This document shows positions 1 to 7,371 of a DNA stretch of 33,044 nucleotides, piece by piece (position 1 is the stretch's first letter; each line of letters opens with the position of its first letter). The translations under genes were made by a program, and so were the position numbers. Location of the stretch: the IMG/VR virus record IMGVR_UViG_3300036713_000142, positions 1-33,044 of that record, one strand, 5' to 3'. The stretch is from a virus. Lineage: Duplodnaviria; Caudoviricetes. Below the pieces are notes generated by a model. The model made no database searches. It was not told where the DNA came from and saw only the letters and a list, made by a program, of their open reading frames with translations.

Positions 1-7
1 TTAATAA

Positions 8-124
8 TTATTCGCAATCGTGAGTGTGAAAATCATCAATAAGAACCTCATCCAGACACACAGTGTCAAGCTCAGGGTAATCTTCGATCAGTTCGTGATA
101 CTCAGCAACAGTGATGATGGACAT
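8..124 (-). CDS. small acidic early protein (38 aa, MSIITVAEYHELIEDYPELDTVCLDEVLIDDFHTHDCE)
   Basis: Read manually: ATG at 124, TAA at 8-10. It starts 3 nt after the stop of the upstream gene and is too short for the ORF track. Confidence 0.55.
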   Translation of the reverse strand: MSIITVAEYHELIEDYPELDTVCLDEVLIDDFHTHDCE

Positions 125-127
125 AAT

Positions 128-442
128 TCAGGATTCGATGTTGGAAGGAGAGATGAAGTGGATGGATTCGTGGTCACACACTGTGAACTCTACATCACCA
201 CGATCAATGAGCTGATTAACCTTGTTCTGCGCCGCTGAGCGCCTCTGATAGGTGTGTTCTGTGACCTTGTGGGTCTTTAGGTCTGTGACCCTGATGATGC
301 ACTCTACAGACGACGGTAGCTCCCAGCCACCGACCTTCCACGACATAACCTCCTCGAATGTGTGAGGCACAAAGAAATCATCGGGTGAGTCCTTGTATTC
401 TTGCCAGTTGTTGGGATAGTAATCCTTGCGTTTACCACTCAT
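128..442 (-). CDS. conserved cyanopodovirus early hypothetical protein (104 aa)
   Basis: ORF 128..457. The likely ATG at 442 (MSGKRKDYYPNNWQEYKD...) overlaps the upstream stop. The NNW..Y / WELPSS motifs resemble the small gene usually found just before the phage RNA polymerase. Confidence 0.75.
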   Translation of the reverse strand: MSGKRKDYYPNNWQEYKDSPDDFFVPHTFEEVMSWKVGGWELPSSVECIIRVTDLKTHKVTEHTYQRRSAAQNKVNQLIDRGDVEFTVCDHESIHFISPSNIES

Positions 443-596
443 CGGTTTGTTTGACATTCAGTAATTGGTCGTTACGTTCACGGGACAATTCAAGAGCACG
501 CCATGCTGCCTGCTCTGAATCGGGTGCTAGGAGATACCAAACACCTGAACGAAGGGTAACTTCGAATTCACGAAGACCTTGGTGAGTTGTGTACAT
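432..596 (-). CDS. hypothetical early protein (54 aa)
   Basis: Part of ORF 432..641, ATG at 596 (MYTTHQGLREFEVTLRSGVWYLLAPDSEQAAW...). Tightly packed with neighbouring genes. Confidence 0.6.
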   Translation of the reverse strand: MYTTHQGLREFEVTLRSGVWYLLAPDSEQAAWRALELSRERNDQLLNVKQTDEW

Positions 597-733
597 GTGT
601 CGTTGAGTCCATGAATAAAGACGCCACTCATGTAGCCACATGTATACACAAAGGCTATAGATGCAGCCACTATGAGTGTGAAATACTGGAGATATTGTCC
701 AACGACAACATCACTAGGAACCTTGAAGTTCAT
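527..733 (-). CDS. small membrane protein (68 aa)
   Basis: Part of ORF 527..808, ATG at 733. Hydrophobic stretch YFTLIVAASIAFVYTCGYMSGVFI. Confidence 0.55.
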   Translation of the reverse strand: MNFKVPSDVVVGQYLQYFTLIVAASIAFVYTCGYMSGVFIHGLNDTCTQLTKVFVNSKLPFVQVFGIS

Positions 734-854
734 GATGTGAGATGCGATCAAGTCGATGGATGATGTTGAGTAACTGTGTCTTTGTGAGTAGTCCACGTTG
801 ATAGTCACGAATAGCAGTAGCCTCTAAGTCCTTGAGTTCTTGGGTAGTGTACAT
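714..854 (-). CDS. hypothetical early protein (46 aa, MYTTQELKDLEATAIRDYQRGLLTKTQLLNIIHRLDRISHHELQGS)
   Basis: Read manually. The ATG at 854 overlaps the upstream TGA (TGATG coupling); TAG at 714-716. Confidence 0.65.
   Translation of the reverse strand: MYTTQELKDLEATAIRDYQRGLLTKTQLLNIIHRLDRISHHELQGS
741..788. repeat. direct repeat, copy 1 (partner 1698-1745)
   Basis: GATGCGATCAAGTCGATGGATGATGTTGAGTAACTG (36 nt) is identical at 741-776 and 1698-1733, and extends to 48 nt with 2 mismatches. Confidence 0.95.
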
Positions 855-997
855 CAGGCAGCCTCAAGATCAAGTAGTGCTGCCTCAAGTGCATCACATC
901 TGTTACCCCAAGTTACTCGGGAACTCATGTCATCAGCAAGCATTAGTTGCTCCTCAGCATATGCAAGTTGTTGTTTGATGTAGTCGATATCAGTCAT
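854..997 (-). CDS. hypothetical helical early protein (47 aa, MTDIDYIKQQLAYAEEQLMLADDMSSRVTWGNRCDALEAALLDLEAA)
   Basis: Read manually, with stop/start coupling at both ends. A second copy at 1747-1869 differs by many synonymous changes, which supports coding status. Confidence 0.75.
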   Translation of the reverse strand: MTDIDYIKQQLAYAEEQLMLADDMSSRVTWGNRCDALEAALLDLEAA

Positions 998-1164
998 CAT
1001 TCAGCAAACTCCTCAACACGTTGGACATAGTACACATCAAAGTGTGGATGCAGTTGTTTACATACAGCCTCAGCTTGTGCAGCTGTGTCCCTGCAATACA
1101 ACAGCGAATCATTGCGCATCTGTTTGGTATCGTAACCAACAACACGCCAAACTAATTCAGTCAA
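997..1164 (-). CDS. hypothetical early protein (55 aa)
   Basis: Part of ORF 997..1206. TTG at 1164 is preceded by AAGGAG 7 nt upstream. Confidence 0.6.
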   Translation of the reverse strand: MTELVWRVVGYDTKQMRNDSLLYCRDTAAQAEAVCKQLHPHFDVYYVQRVEEFAE

Positions 1165-1321
1165 TCCAGTTCTCCTTTGGTGTAGTGGATAGGTAGTAGT
1201 AAGCACGTCCGTGATCAGCTACTTGATACTCACGTAGCATAGCGTATGCTTCGCTACGAGTAGCGTACTCATCACAGGTCTCATTGTAACGACCCTCTTG
1301 ACGATTGATGTAGTAAGTCAT
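1157..1321 (-). CDS. hypothetical early protein (54 aa, MTYYINRQEGRYNETCDEYATRSEAYAMLREYQVADHGRAYYYLSTTPKENWID)
   Basis: Read manually. The ATG at 1321 is coupled to the upstream TGA; stop at 1157-1159. Confidence 0.7.
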   Translation of the reverse strand: MTYYINRQEGRYNETCDEYATRSEAYAMLREYQVADHGRAYYYLSTTPKENWID

Positions 1322-1650
1322 CAGGCGTCACCATCTACAAGGTCGGATGCAATGCCGTTGATGTACGACCACACAATCAGGTTAACTTGCTCACGAATAG
1401 AGGTAGTCTCACGAGCAAACACCTCTAGCCAGTCGTCACCGTACATGTCGTACATGTAGTCCTCGATGTCATCTTCGTACTTGAGGAAGAACTCCCACGT
1501 TTGTGTGTAGTAGATGTGGTCGTGAGCTACACCTGAGGCACAGCCATGATTAGCAATCTCACGGAGTGTGTCCATGTCATAGGAAGACATGATGGACTTG
1601 GCAGCAGGCAGCTGCATGAGAGGTGAAGGAGCGAAAACAGTTGTAGTCAT
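1321..1650 (-). CDS. acidic early protein (109 aa), possible Ocr-like DNA mimic
   Basis: Clean ORF with 19 D/E versus 5 K/R and an HIYY motif; second gene of the early region. The function is inferred. Confidence 0.75.
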   Translation of the reverse strand: MTTTVFAPSPLMQLPAAKSIMSSYDMDTLREIANHGCASGVAHDHIYYTQTWEFFLKYEDDIEDYMYDMYGDDWLEVFARETTSIREQVNLIVWSYINGIASDLVDGDA

Positions 1651-1692
1651 GAGTGAATGAATGATTGGGTGAATGAAAGTGTTGTTAATCAG

Positions 1693-1913
1693 TTAGGGAT
1701 GCGATCAAGTCGATGGATGATGTTGAGTAACTGCGTCCTTGTGAGATAGTGCAGCCTCAAGTGCATCACACCTGTTGCCCCAAGTTAGCTTGGAGTACAT
1801 GTCATCAGCAATCATGAGCTGCTCTTTAGCATACTCTAGTTGTTGTTTGAGGTAGGTAGTGTCAGTCAATCCAGTTATCCAGTGGTTGGTCAGATAGGTA
1901 GTATTAGGGATGC
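1693..1913. repeat. internally deleted duplicate of 741-1198, flanked by the 10-bp direct repeat TTAGGGATGC
   Basis: 1698-1745 matches 741-788, 1747-1869 matches 875-997 and 1862-1903 matches 1157-1198. TTAGGGATGC occurs at 1693-1702 and 1904-1913. Confidence 0.9.
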
Positions 1914-2133
1914 TCCCAAAGCATACAGCCCGGTCGCTGTTGACCAGGTTAGCATTGACCCAGAACCCAAGGCTCATGTTCTTGTTGAGCATGAGGTTGA
2001 GCATAGCACGGCGGGATACGTTCTCGTAGTAGTACATGCTGCCGTCCTTGAAGGTCACGAGTGCGTTTGCGTCCTTGAGAGACACTAACATACGCTTGAC
2101 ACAACCGGAGGAACGACGAGTGATGGTACGCAT
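1705..2133 (-). CDS. KTSC-like early protein with a mosaic C-terminal extension (142 aa)
   Basis: ATG at 2133. The pattern SS...LVTFKDGSMYYYENV...L...SLGFWVN matches KTSC-type domains. The C-terminal ~65 aa derive from duplicated downstream sequence. Confidence 0.7.
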   Translation of the reverse strand: MRTITRRSSGCVKRMLVSLKDANALVTFKDGSMYYYENVSRRAMLNLMLNKNMSLGFWVNANLVNSDRAVCFGSIPNTTYLTNHWITGLTDTTYLKQQLEYAKEQLMIADDMYSKLTWGNRCDALEAALSHKDAVTQHHPST

Positions 2134-2139
2134 TGTGAT

Positions 2140-2400
2140 GTAATGTGGACGCACTCAGTGTGCGCCAAGACCACGCTCACCCAGTCGAAGGTGAGACCAC
2201 AGCTGGCTGTGTCGTGGTTGCCATGAGCAATGTGGGCACGGAGTGTCCGCACCCTTGAGCGTGTGGCTCCGCTGTACATACTCTCTCTGCCACGCCTCGC
2301 AGTCAATGACCCATGCTGCTTGTCGATACCCAGCGGTTGCTCCGCTAACGGCGTGCTTATTCGGTTGTCGAGGTTCTGCCGAAGGCTGAGCCATCGGTGC
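2140..2400 (-). ncRNA. candidate structured early leader RNA
   Basis: GC-rich stretch without a convincing ORF. Hairpins at 2332-2346, 2234-2254 and 2176-2195, with G-U pairs that work on the minus strand. Confidence 0.35.
2358..2376 (-). promoter_or_regulatory. rrn boxA-like antitermination motif GAACCTCGACAACCGAATA
   Basis: Resembles the cyanobacterial rRNA-operon boxA (GAACCTTGA(A/C)AAC). Lies about 30 nt downstream of a TAGGAT -10 candidate. Confidence 0.45.
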
Positions 2401-2408
2401 TTGAAGCC

Positions 2409-2695
2409 ATCCTACAGGGCAGGTGGCTGGTTTGAGGGAGGGAGTGGTCAGCTGGTCGGTTGGCACAGTGCCGAAGCGGCGACGAGCTGTATTCAGTTGG
2501 CGGTGTCTCTCACTCTCTTGGTTGAAGTTTCGAGACTCTCCTCACCCTTAACAGGGAGAGTCGAGATACTCAACTACAAAAGAGAGTGGAGGTGTCATGG
2601 TAGCAGCTGATGGTGGTGGACAGTGGCAGCAAGTGGCACATAGTACAGCCTCTCTCCAGTGGTGGCAGTGGTTATCAGTGCTGCTTATGGTACAG
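2409..2695 (-). promoter_or_regulatory. cluster of candidate host-RNAP early promoters
   Basis: Minus-strand TAnnAT hexamers at 2409-2414 (TAGGAT), 2597-2602 (TACCAT), 2640-2645 (TACTAT) and 2687-2692 (TACCAT); three are preceded by CTG. No good -35 elements. Confidence 0.3.
2511..2588. other. long imperfect inverted repeat
   Basis: Nested arms CACTCTCTT/AAGAGAGTG, GTTGA/TCAAC and GACTCTCC/GGAGAGTC. Confidence 0.75.
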
Positions 2696-2946
2696 TGCTA
2701 TCGCTGTAATCCGTTGGTATGACTAGGTTTCTCAACGTTCTCAATAAGGGCTGGACAGATTACTTGACACTGGCACCTCACGTGTCAGCATATGCACACA
2801 CAGTATCATCGCGTGGTTCATCTTTCGCGCACAGGCACACACGCGCACACCCGCATGGGGGAAACTGCCGCCGTCCCACTACATAATAGGCTTGAGAAAT
2901 TTCTGTCAAAAAGTCAACCTACCTTCAAAAGCCTCTACAAGCCCTT

Positions 2947-3240
2947 TCAACGCTCATCATACATGTCGATATACCAAGGAGCAGTTATACGCACGCTAGA
3001 GAGGCTCTCAGACGTGTCTGACGGGCTTTCAACAATAACCGGACCAGCATCATACGACACAATCTCTTCATTATATTGTTCAACTGCCATATCTACCTCA
3101 GTTTTTACCCGATTATCTATCAAAATCTGTTCACACCAAGAAAGAAAGCCCAGAAGAAGGTTATCAAACACTACGACATACCTTCTCCAAGCATTAAACA
3201 GTACTTTAAACTCAACTAGTCTTAATCTTTTCTGTTCCAC
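2947..3240 (-). CDS. hypothetical protein (97 aa)
   Basis: ORF overlapping the thyX stop; last gene before the non-coding region. Confidence 0.65.
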   Translation of the reverse strand: MEQKRLRLVEFKVLFNAWRRYVVVFDNLLLGFLSWCEQILIDNRVKTEVDMAVEQYNEEIVSYDAGPVIVESPSDTSESLSSVRITAPWYIDMYDER

Positions 3241-3860
3241 ATTGCTTCACATACATTTGGTATTTGCAAATAGAGAATGTCTTTTACTTGTCCTGCAATA
3301 ACTGCGTGTTCTTTTTGTGTACCATTACCACATCTCAAATCACAATAATGCAACCAAGATCTAACAGTACCATTCATATACATCCTGGTTGGAGCAGCCA
3401 TTGGCAGTACTTCTCTTGCACATTCTTTAGCTACACCAGCTCTAATCAGGTCTTTATACAACCCATAACACTCCGAATACAAACTACCAATACGGAATTG
3501 ATAATTCTTTTTCAACACCTCATCAAAGTCATCAACACTGTTCTGTCTATTCTTTAGGTCTTGAGTTCTAAGTTCAGGGATTGATGCATACTCAGTTACT
3601 TCTGCATACCGTTGACTAAACTCTTGAAAGCTAAAGGAACGGTGTCTAAGTATTTGTGCAGCAATACTACGAGTTGTATTAATTTCTACACACATATTAA
3701 CCATTTCAAAAGGTGACCAATGATTATGATTAATAAGATACTTAATTAGTTTAGCACTGGTCTCAGTGTTTGATTGATTGGAAGGATTAGATACCCTTGC
3801 CATATAACTAATTAGTTCTTCAGCATTGGGAGTGATGTGTACGAGTTTGGTGGAATGCAT
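3222..3860 (-). CDS. thyX: flavin-dependent thymidylate synthase
   Basis: HWSPFE, the ThyX motif RHRSFSFQEFSQRY, AKECAREVLP and TQKEH. Likely ATG at 3860. Confidence 0.96.
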   Translation of the reverse strand: MHSTKLVHITPNAEELISYMARVSNPSNQSNTETSAKLIKYLINHNHWSPFEMVNMCVEINTTRSIAAQILRHRSFSFQEFSQRYAEVTEYASIPELRTQDLKNRQNSVDDFDEVLKKNYQFRIGSLYSECYGLYKDLIRAGVAKECAREVLPMAAPTRMYMNGTVRSWLHYCDLRCGNGTQKEHAVIAGQVKDILYLQIPNVCEAMWNRKD

Positions 3861-3923
3861 ACAGTAGTATAAGTAGTGACAGGATTCAAAAGGATGGAGA
3901 GAATCAGTACTCACTGGATTCAT

Positions 3924-4087
3924 AACTAGTTAAATAAATAGTTTACTAACTAGTTAATAAAAGTAGAGTAGATGAATGTTCAAAGAGGGAGAGTTGTGTC
4001 TTTTTGGATCCTCCTCGCTGAACATTAGTAAAGAAAGAGGTAGGAATGATTGTCTTCCACGATAGTGGGAGATAGTCATTCCTCCTC
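3924..4087. other. three consecutive inverted repeats in the terL-thyX spacer
   Basis: AACTAGTTA/TAACTAGTT (3924-3955), AATGTTCA/TGAACATT (3975-4026) and a 19-bp stem at 4042-4060/4065-4083. Confidence 0.8.
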
Positions 4088-4140
4088 TCTCCAGGATTCG
4101 GGTCCACCCTTCCCTCCTCCTGTATACATGTGGGATGTTC

Positions 4141-5871
4141 CTAAACCCAGGTAGGCACTGACTTTTTACCAGCTAGTTGTCTAGCTTGTCTACGTTGGTC
4201 TAAATTCATGCCAAACACCATATGATTAGCTGCTGCTTGAGGGTCATCTAGCCATTCATCTTGCATATCTTGCCACTCTTCCTGGCGTCTCAGTTTGACT
4301 GTTTCATAGGCAGAAATAGCTAGTGCATCTGTGTAATATTTTACACCTTGTGCTAGGCAATCTAATCTGTCGTCATGTTTTACTGCACCTTTCTCCCGAC
4401 ACATGCGTGACATCTGATAGAACAGCATATATAGGAGTCTGTTTTCTGGTGCTTCGTCCTTATTCGAGTTGAAGTCCCATTCCACCACTGAGCGATTAAC
4501 AATAAGCTTATGTTGATTAAGAACAGGCTCAAGGGTATCAATAATACGGTCTTCTTTTCGGACATTAGCTCGAACCTCTTCAATGTCAATAGCTTGTTTG
4601 GTCTGTTGAAGGTGTTTACGGAATAGTTCCGCTACAATACCATCACCAAAGTTTGTCTCAATAAGAAGTTTAGTTACACCAAACTTTTTACAACCTCTCA
4701 GGATGTCTAGCAAAGTGTTGTCACTATAACCATCCTTGTAGGCACGCATTTCATGGAGATAGATAAAGCCATTACGTTGACTAAGAAAAGCTGCAGCTGT
4801 TTCATCAGTACCACGACCTGATGGGTCAACACTGCAAATAGTTTCAGTGTATGGTAACCACTCACCTTGGAGTTGCATTGGTTTGTAGAAGTAATCACCA
4901 GGAAGACCAACAGTTGGTAGGTCTTTAATTACATTGCTGGGATCGCTACACCACACCACTGAGTCGGGACATTCAGCTGGGTTAACTGCTGTAACAATAA
5001 GGTCAGACATCTTAAGTGGAAACTTCTCAGCATCACTCAAGGTTGTATCTAGCATAAATTGTAGCATGAAGTTGCTACGACCCATTGATGCTTCCCGTTC
5101 AATCAAGTCTTCGTTATCAAAACGATCAGGGTCTGTTACATCCCAAGCTTCTACACCAGCATCAATATCTTCTTGGATTTGTGGTGCTAGGAGTCCTTCA
5201 TAATTGGATAGTTTACGTGGATACCGTGCTGGCCAAACAAAAGGTTTGTAGTTACGTTCAGCAAGCTTACGATAAATAGTAAAGGTTGTCTGTGGTGTAC
5301 CAAGGTACATAATTCGTGAGTCTTGTTTAGGTGTAAGGATAGACTCAGCTTCTGTACATAGTTGAAGGAGTTTCTCCCTCATCATTTCTGTCATTGAGTT
5401 ACCAGGAACTTCAATGTCATCAAGAATCATTAGGTCTGCACGACTACCAGTTAGCTGACCAGTAATACCCACGGACTTAACAGAAGGTGCTTGGTGAGGT
5501 GAACATTGAACATCAAAACTAATACGTGACCAACGTGCATCATCAGCTTTTGGTCGTAGGTGTGCTAGCCAAGGTGTTTCAATAATTAGCTTTTGTAGAA
5601 AGATAGACATGTTATCAGCACGTTCTTTTGATGCTGAGATAATCATGATTTTCTTTTCTGCATTATTGAAGAGTGTCCACAAGACGAAGGCTCCAGTAAT
5701 CCATGATTTACCGACTCCTCGGAATGCTTGGATCTGTAGTCGTTTTGGTCCGTGTTGTAAGTAGTCAGCAATAGCGTATTGAGCACGTGTTGGAGATGGG
5801 AGATCTAGCTGTTGCCACAGTGCTTGAAGAAACAGCTTAAAATCGTCTCTAAGGGCTTGTAAAACGTCCAT
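4141..5871 (-). CDS. terminase large subunit (T7 gp19-like DNA maturase B)
   Basis: Walker A region AFRGVGKSW, GSRADLMILDDIE, nuclease motifs VDPSGRGTDE and HDDRLD. Confidence 0.97.
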   Translation of the reverse strand: MDVLQALRDDFKLFLQALWQQLDLPSPTRAQYAIADYLQHGPKRLQIQAFRGVGKSWITGAFVLWTLFNNAEKKIMIISASKERADNMSIFLQKLIIETPWLAHLRPKADDARWSRISFDVQCSPHQAPSVKSVGITGQLTGSRADLMILDDIEVPGNSMTEMMREKLLQLCTEAESILTPKQDSRIMYLGTPQTTFTIYRKLAERNYKPFVWPARYPRKLSNYEGLLAPQIQEDIDAGVEAWDVTDPDRFDNEDLIEREASMGRSNFMLQFMLDTTLSDAEKFPLKMSDLIVTAVNPAECPDSVVWCSDPSNVIKDLPTVGLPGDYFYKPMQLQGEWLPYTETICSVDPSGRGTDETAAAFLSQRNGFIYLHEMRAYKDGYSDNTLLDILRGCKKFGVTKLLIETNFGDGIVAELFRKHLQQTKQAIDIEEVRANVRKEDRIIDTLEPVLNQHKLIVNRSVVEWDFNSNKDEAPENRLLYMLFYQMSRMCREKGAVKHDDRLDCLAQGVKYYTDALAISAYETVKLRRQEEWQDMQDEWLDDPQAAANHMVFGMNLDQRRQARQLAGKKSVPTWV

Positions 5872-5898
5872 AGGTATATTCTATTATGTTGGTGGGTA

Positions 5899-5929
5899 AA
5901 GGCGCCTTGTTGGGGCACAGAGACGCCTT
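5899..5929 (-). promoter_or_regulatory. stem-loop upstream of terL
   Basis: AAGGCGTCT...AGGCGCCTT 9-bp stem with a G-U pair on the minus strand. Possible processing or translation-control site. Confidence 0.4.
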
Positions 5930-5939
5930 AGAGAGAGTA

Positions 5940-6782
5940 TTAACTAAACTCAGAGTAGTAGTTTTTAATCTGAGACTTAATATCGGACCACATATACTGT
6001 GAACGTGAGTTAGTTTGTTCCAACGTTGACTCCATCAAAGACATAAGTTCTTTTTGAGGAAGGTTACGGTTTTGCATGAGAAAGAATGCCATCTTTTCAT
6101 ACTCAGGTTGAATACGTTGAATGTATGCATCAACCATGGAGATACGTTCAGATAAGGATCTGTTTTCAATGTTTAATTTGTTACGCTGTAGTTTAGCTGC
6201 AGACATTTGTTCCCAACGATGGAGTACGTTGTGAACTTTTTTAGGCAAATCTAGACGATTAAATTGACTGTTACCAAGCATACGCATATGTTCCTGTTCA
6301 ACGTGGCTAACAAGTTTTGTCACTTCTTTTGGTTTAAGACCAGGTGTAAAAACACCATATTGGTCAAGACCCATGTTGTGATGAGCTTCTGTGCCTGGCA
6401 TTGCGCCAACAGCAAAGGTATCTTCACCACTTGTTAAAAGTTCACCACGAGTGTTACGTGTAATATCCTGTTCTTTACGACCAGCTTTTCTAGCATCATA
6501 AGCATCAATTTTAGCTTTAAGAGTACCAGCATATTTTGGGTTATCAATCTGTCGAATTAGAACTGGTTTACCAGCATTTTTACCACGTTGTCCTTCATAA
6601 ATTTTACTACCAGCATACAGTGCTTCTTCAACATTTGTAGGTTTAAATCCAGGGATCTGGCTTTCAAGTTGAAGCATTGCACCTGTAGGTCTAGGACCTT
6701 TAAGCTTTTTAACAGTAGCTTTAGCAACAGGATTTGTTACTACATCTATAGCACCTTTAAATAGTTCAGAAGCAATGCTCAT
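5940..6782 (-). CDS. hypothetical protein with an AHH/HNH-like nuclease motif (~280 aa)
   Basis: EAHH...GNSQFNRLDLPKKVHNVLH resembles the AHH..N..LP..H...H pattern of HNH-superfamily nucleases. Confidence 0.6.
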   Translation of the reverse strand: MSIASELFKGAIDVVTNPVAKATVKKLKGPRPTGAMLQLESQIPGFKPTNVEEALYAGSKIYEGQRGKNAGKPVLIRQIDNPKYAGTLKAKIDAYDARKAGRKEQDITRNTRGELLTSGEDTFAVGAMPGTEAHHNMGLDQYGVFTPGLKPKEVTKLVSHVEQEHMRMLGNSQFNRLDLPKKVHNVLHRWEQMSAAKLQRNKLNIENRSLSERISMVDAYIQRIQPEYEKMAFFLMQNRNLPQKELMSLMESTLEQTNSRSQYMWSDIKSQIKNYYSEFS

Positions 6783-6784
6783 AA

Positions 6785-7366
6785 TCAATACCCACGTCCA
6801 CGACGTTTCTTCATCCGCTCCTCCATAGCTTGACGAAGTTTAGATTTAGTGTTTGGCTTTGCAGCTTGTGCGGGTTTTGCAGGTTGACCAGCTTTTGCAG
6901 CTTCGTATTTGTTAGCACTACGATATGGACCAACACCTTGCATTTTAGGTTCCTTACCTTGACGTTTTTTAGATTCACGCTTCATCTTTCTCAATTGCTT
7001 TAAAGTTTCAGCAATAGATTTGCGTTTCTTGTCAGATGTAGGTGCAGATGTAGGTTTAGAAGCTGTGGTTTTAGCAGGTGCGGGTTTAGCAGGTGCTGGC
7101 TTAGAGGCTGGCTTAGGTGCCGGTCTAGAAGCTGCTGGTTTAGAAGCTGTTGACTTAGAGGTTGCAGGTTTAGCAGGTGCCGGTTTAGCAGCTAGTCTGC
7201 CTAATGCGCTTTTAACAGTTTCAGAGCCTTTCAATTCAGAAGGAATCTCGCTTGGACGATACCACCTACCTTGAAGATAAATGAACTTGTTACCTTCTTT
7301 AGTTGTAATAGCGCCTTCTTGAGGTTTGCCGCTAAGCATACGGCGTGCATATTTACGAGTAGCCAT
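6785..7366 (-). CDS. Lys/Ala/Pro-rich basic protein (193 aa)
   Basis: Clean ORF with tandem KPAPA/KPAAS repeats and basic termini. Confidence 0.8.
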   Translation of the reverse strand: MATRKYARRMLSGKPQEGAITTKEGNKFIYLQGRWYRPSEIPSELKGSETVKSALGRLAAKPAPAKPATSKSTASKPAASRPAPKPASKPAPAKPAPAKTTASKPTSAPTSDKKRKSIAETLKQLRKMKRESKKRQGKEPKMQGVGPYRSANKYEAAKAGQPAKPAQAAKPNTKSKLRQAMEERMKKRRGRGY

Positions 7367-7371
7367 GTTGA

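Larger units (their letters stand above)
2400..2940. other. probable junction of the genome ends (terminal repeat region in a circularly permuted assembly)
   Basis: Non-coding gap where the last late genes (terL, thyX) are followed by tiny early genes, as in a T7-like gene order. The exact ends cannot be seen. Confidence 0.55.

Noticed and set aside
741-1913. CRISPR array or DGR template/variable repeat pair
   Set aside because: There are only two copies with no spacer periodicity, the differences are not adenine-specific but codon-like, and there is no reverse transcriptase in the window.
2085-2610. ORFs 2085-2306, 2155-2466 and 2230-2610
   Set aside because: They overlap one another, have atypical composition and weak starts. 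The region is better explained as promoter and structured leader.
2880-2910. Sigma70 promoter TTGACA...TATTAT on the minus strand
   Set aside because: The spacing to the best -10 is 15 nt. Possible, but not supportable without TSS data.
3222-3860. thyX at the genome end as a novelty
   Set aside because: Auxiliary metabolic genes downstream of the terminase are a known feature of this phage group.
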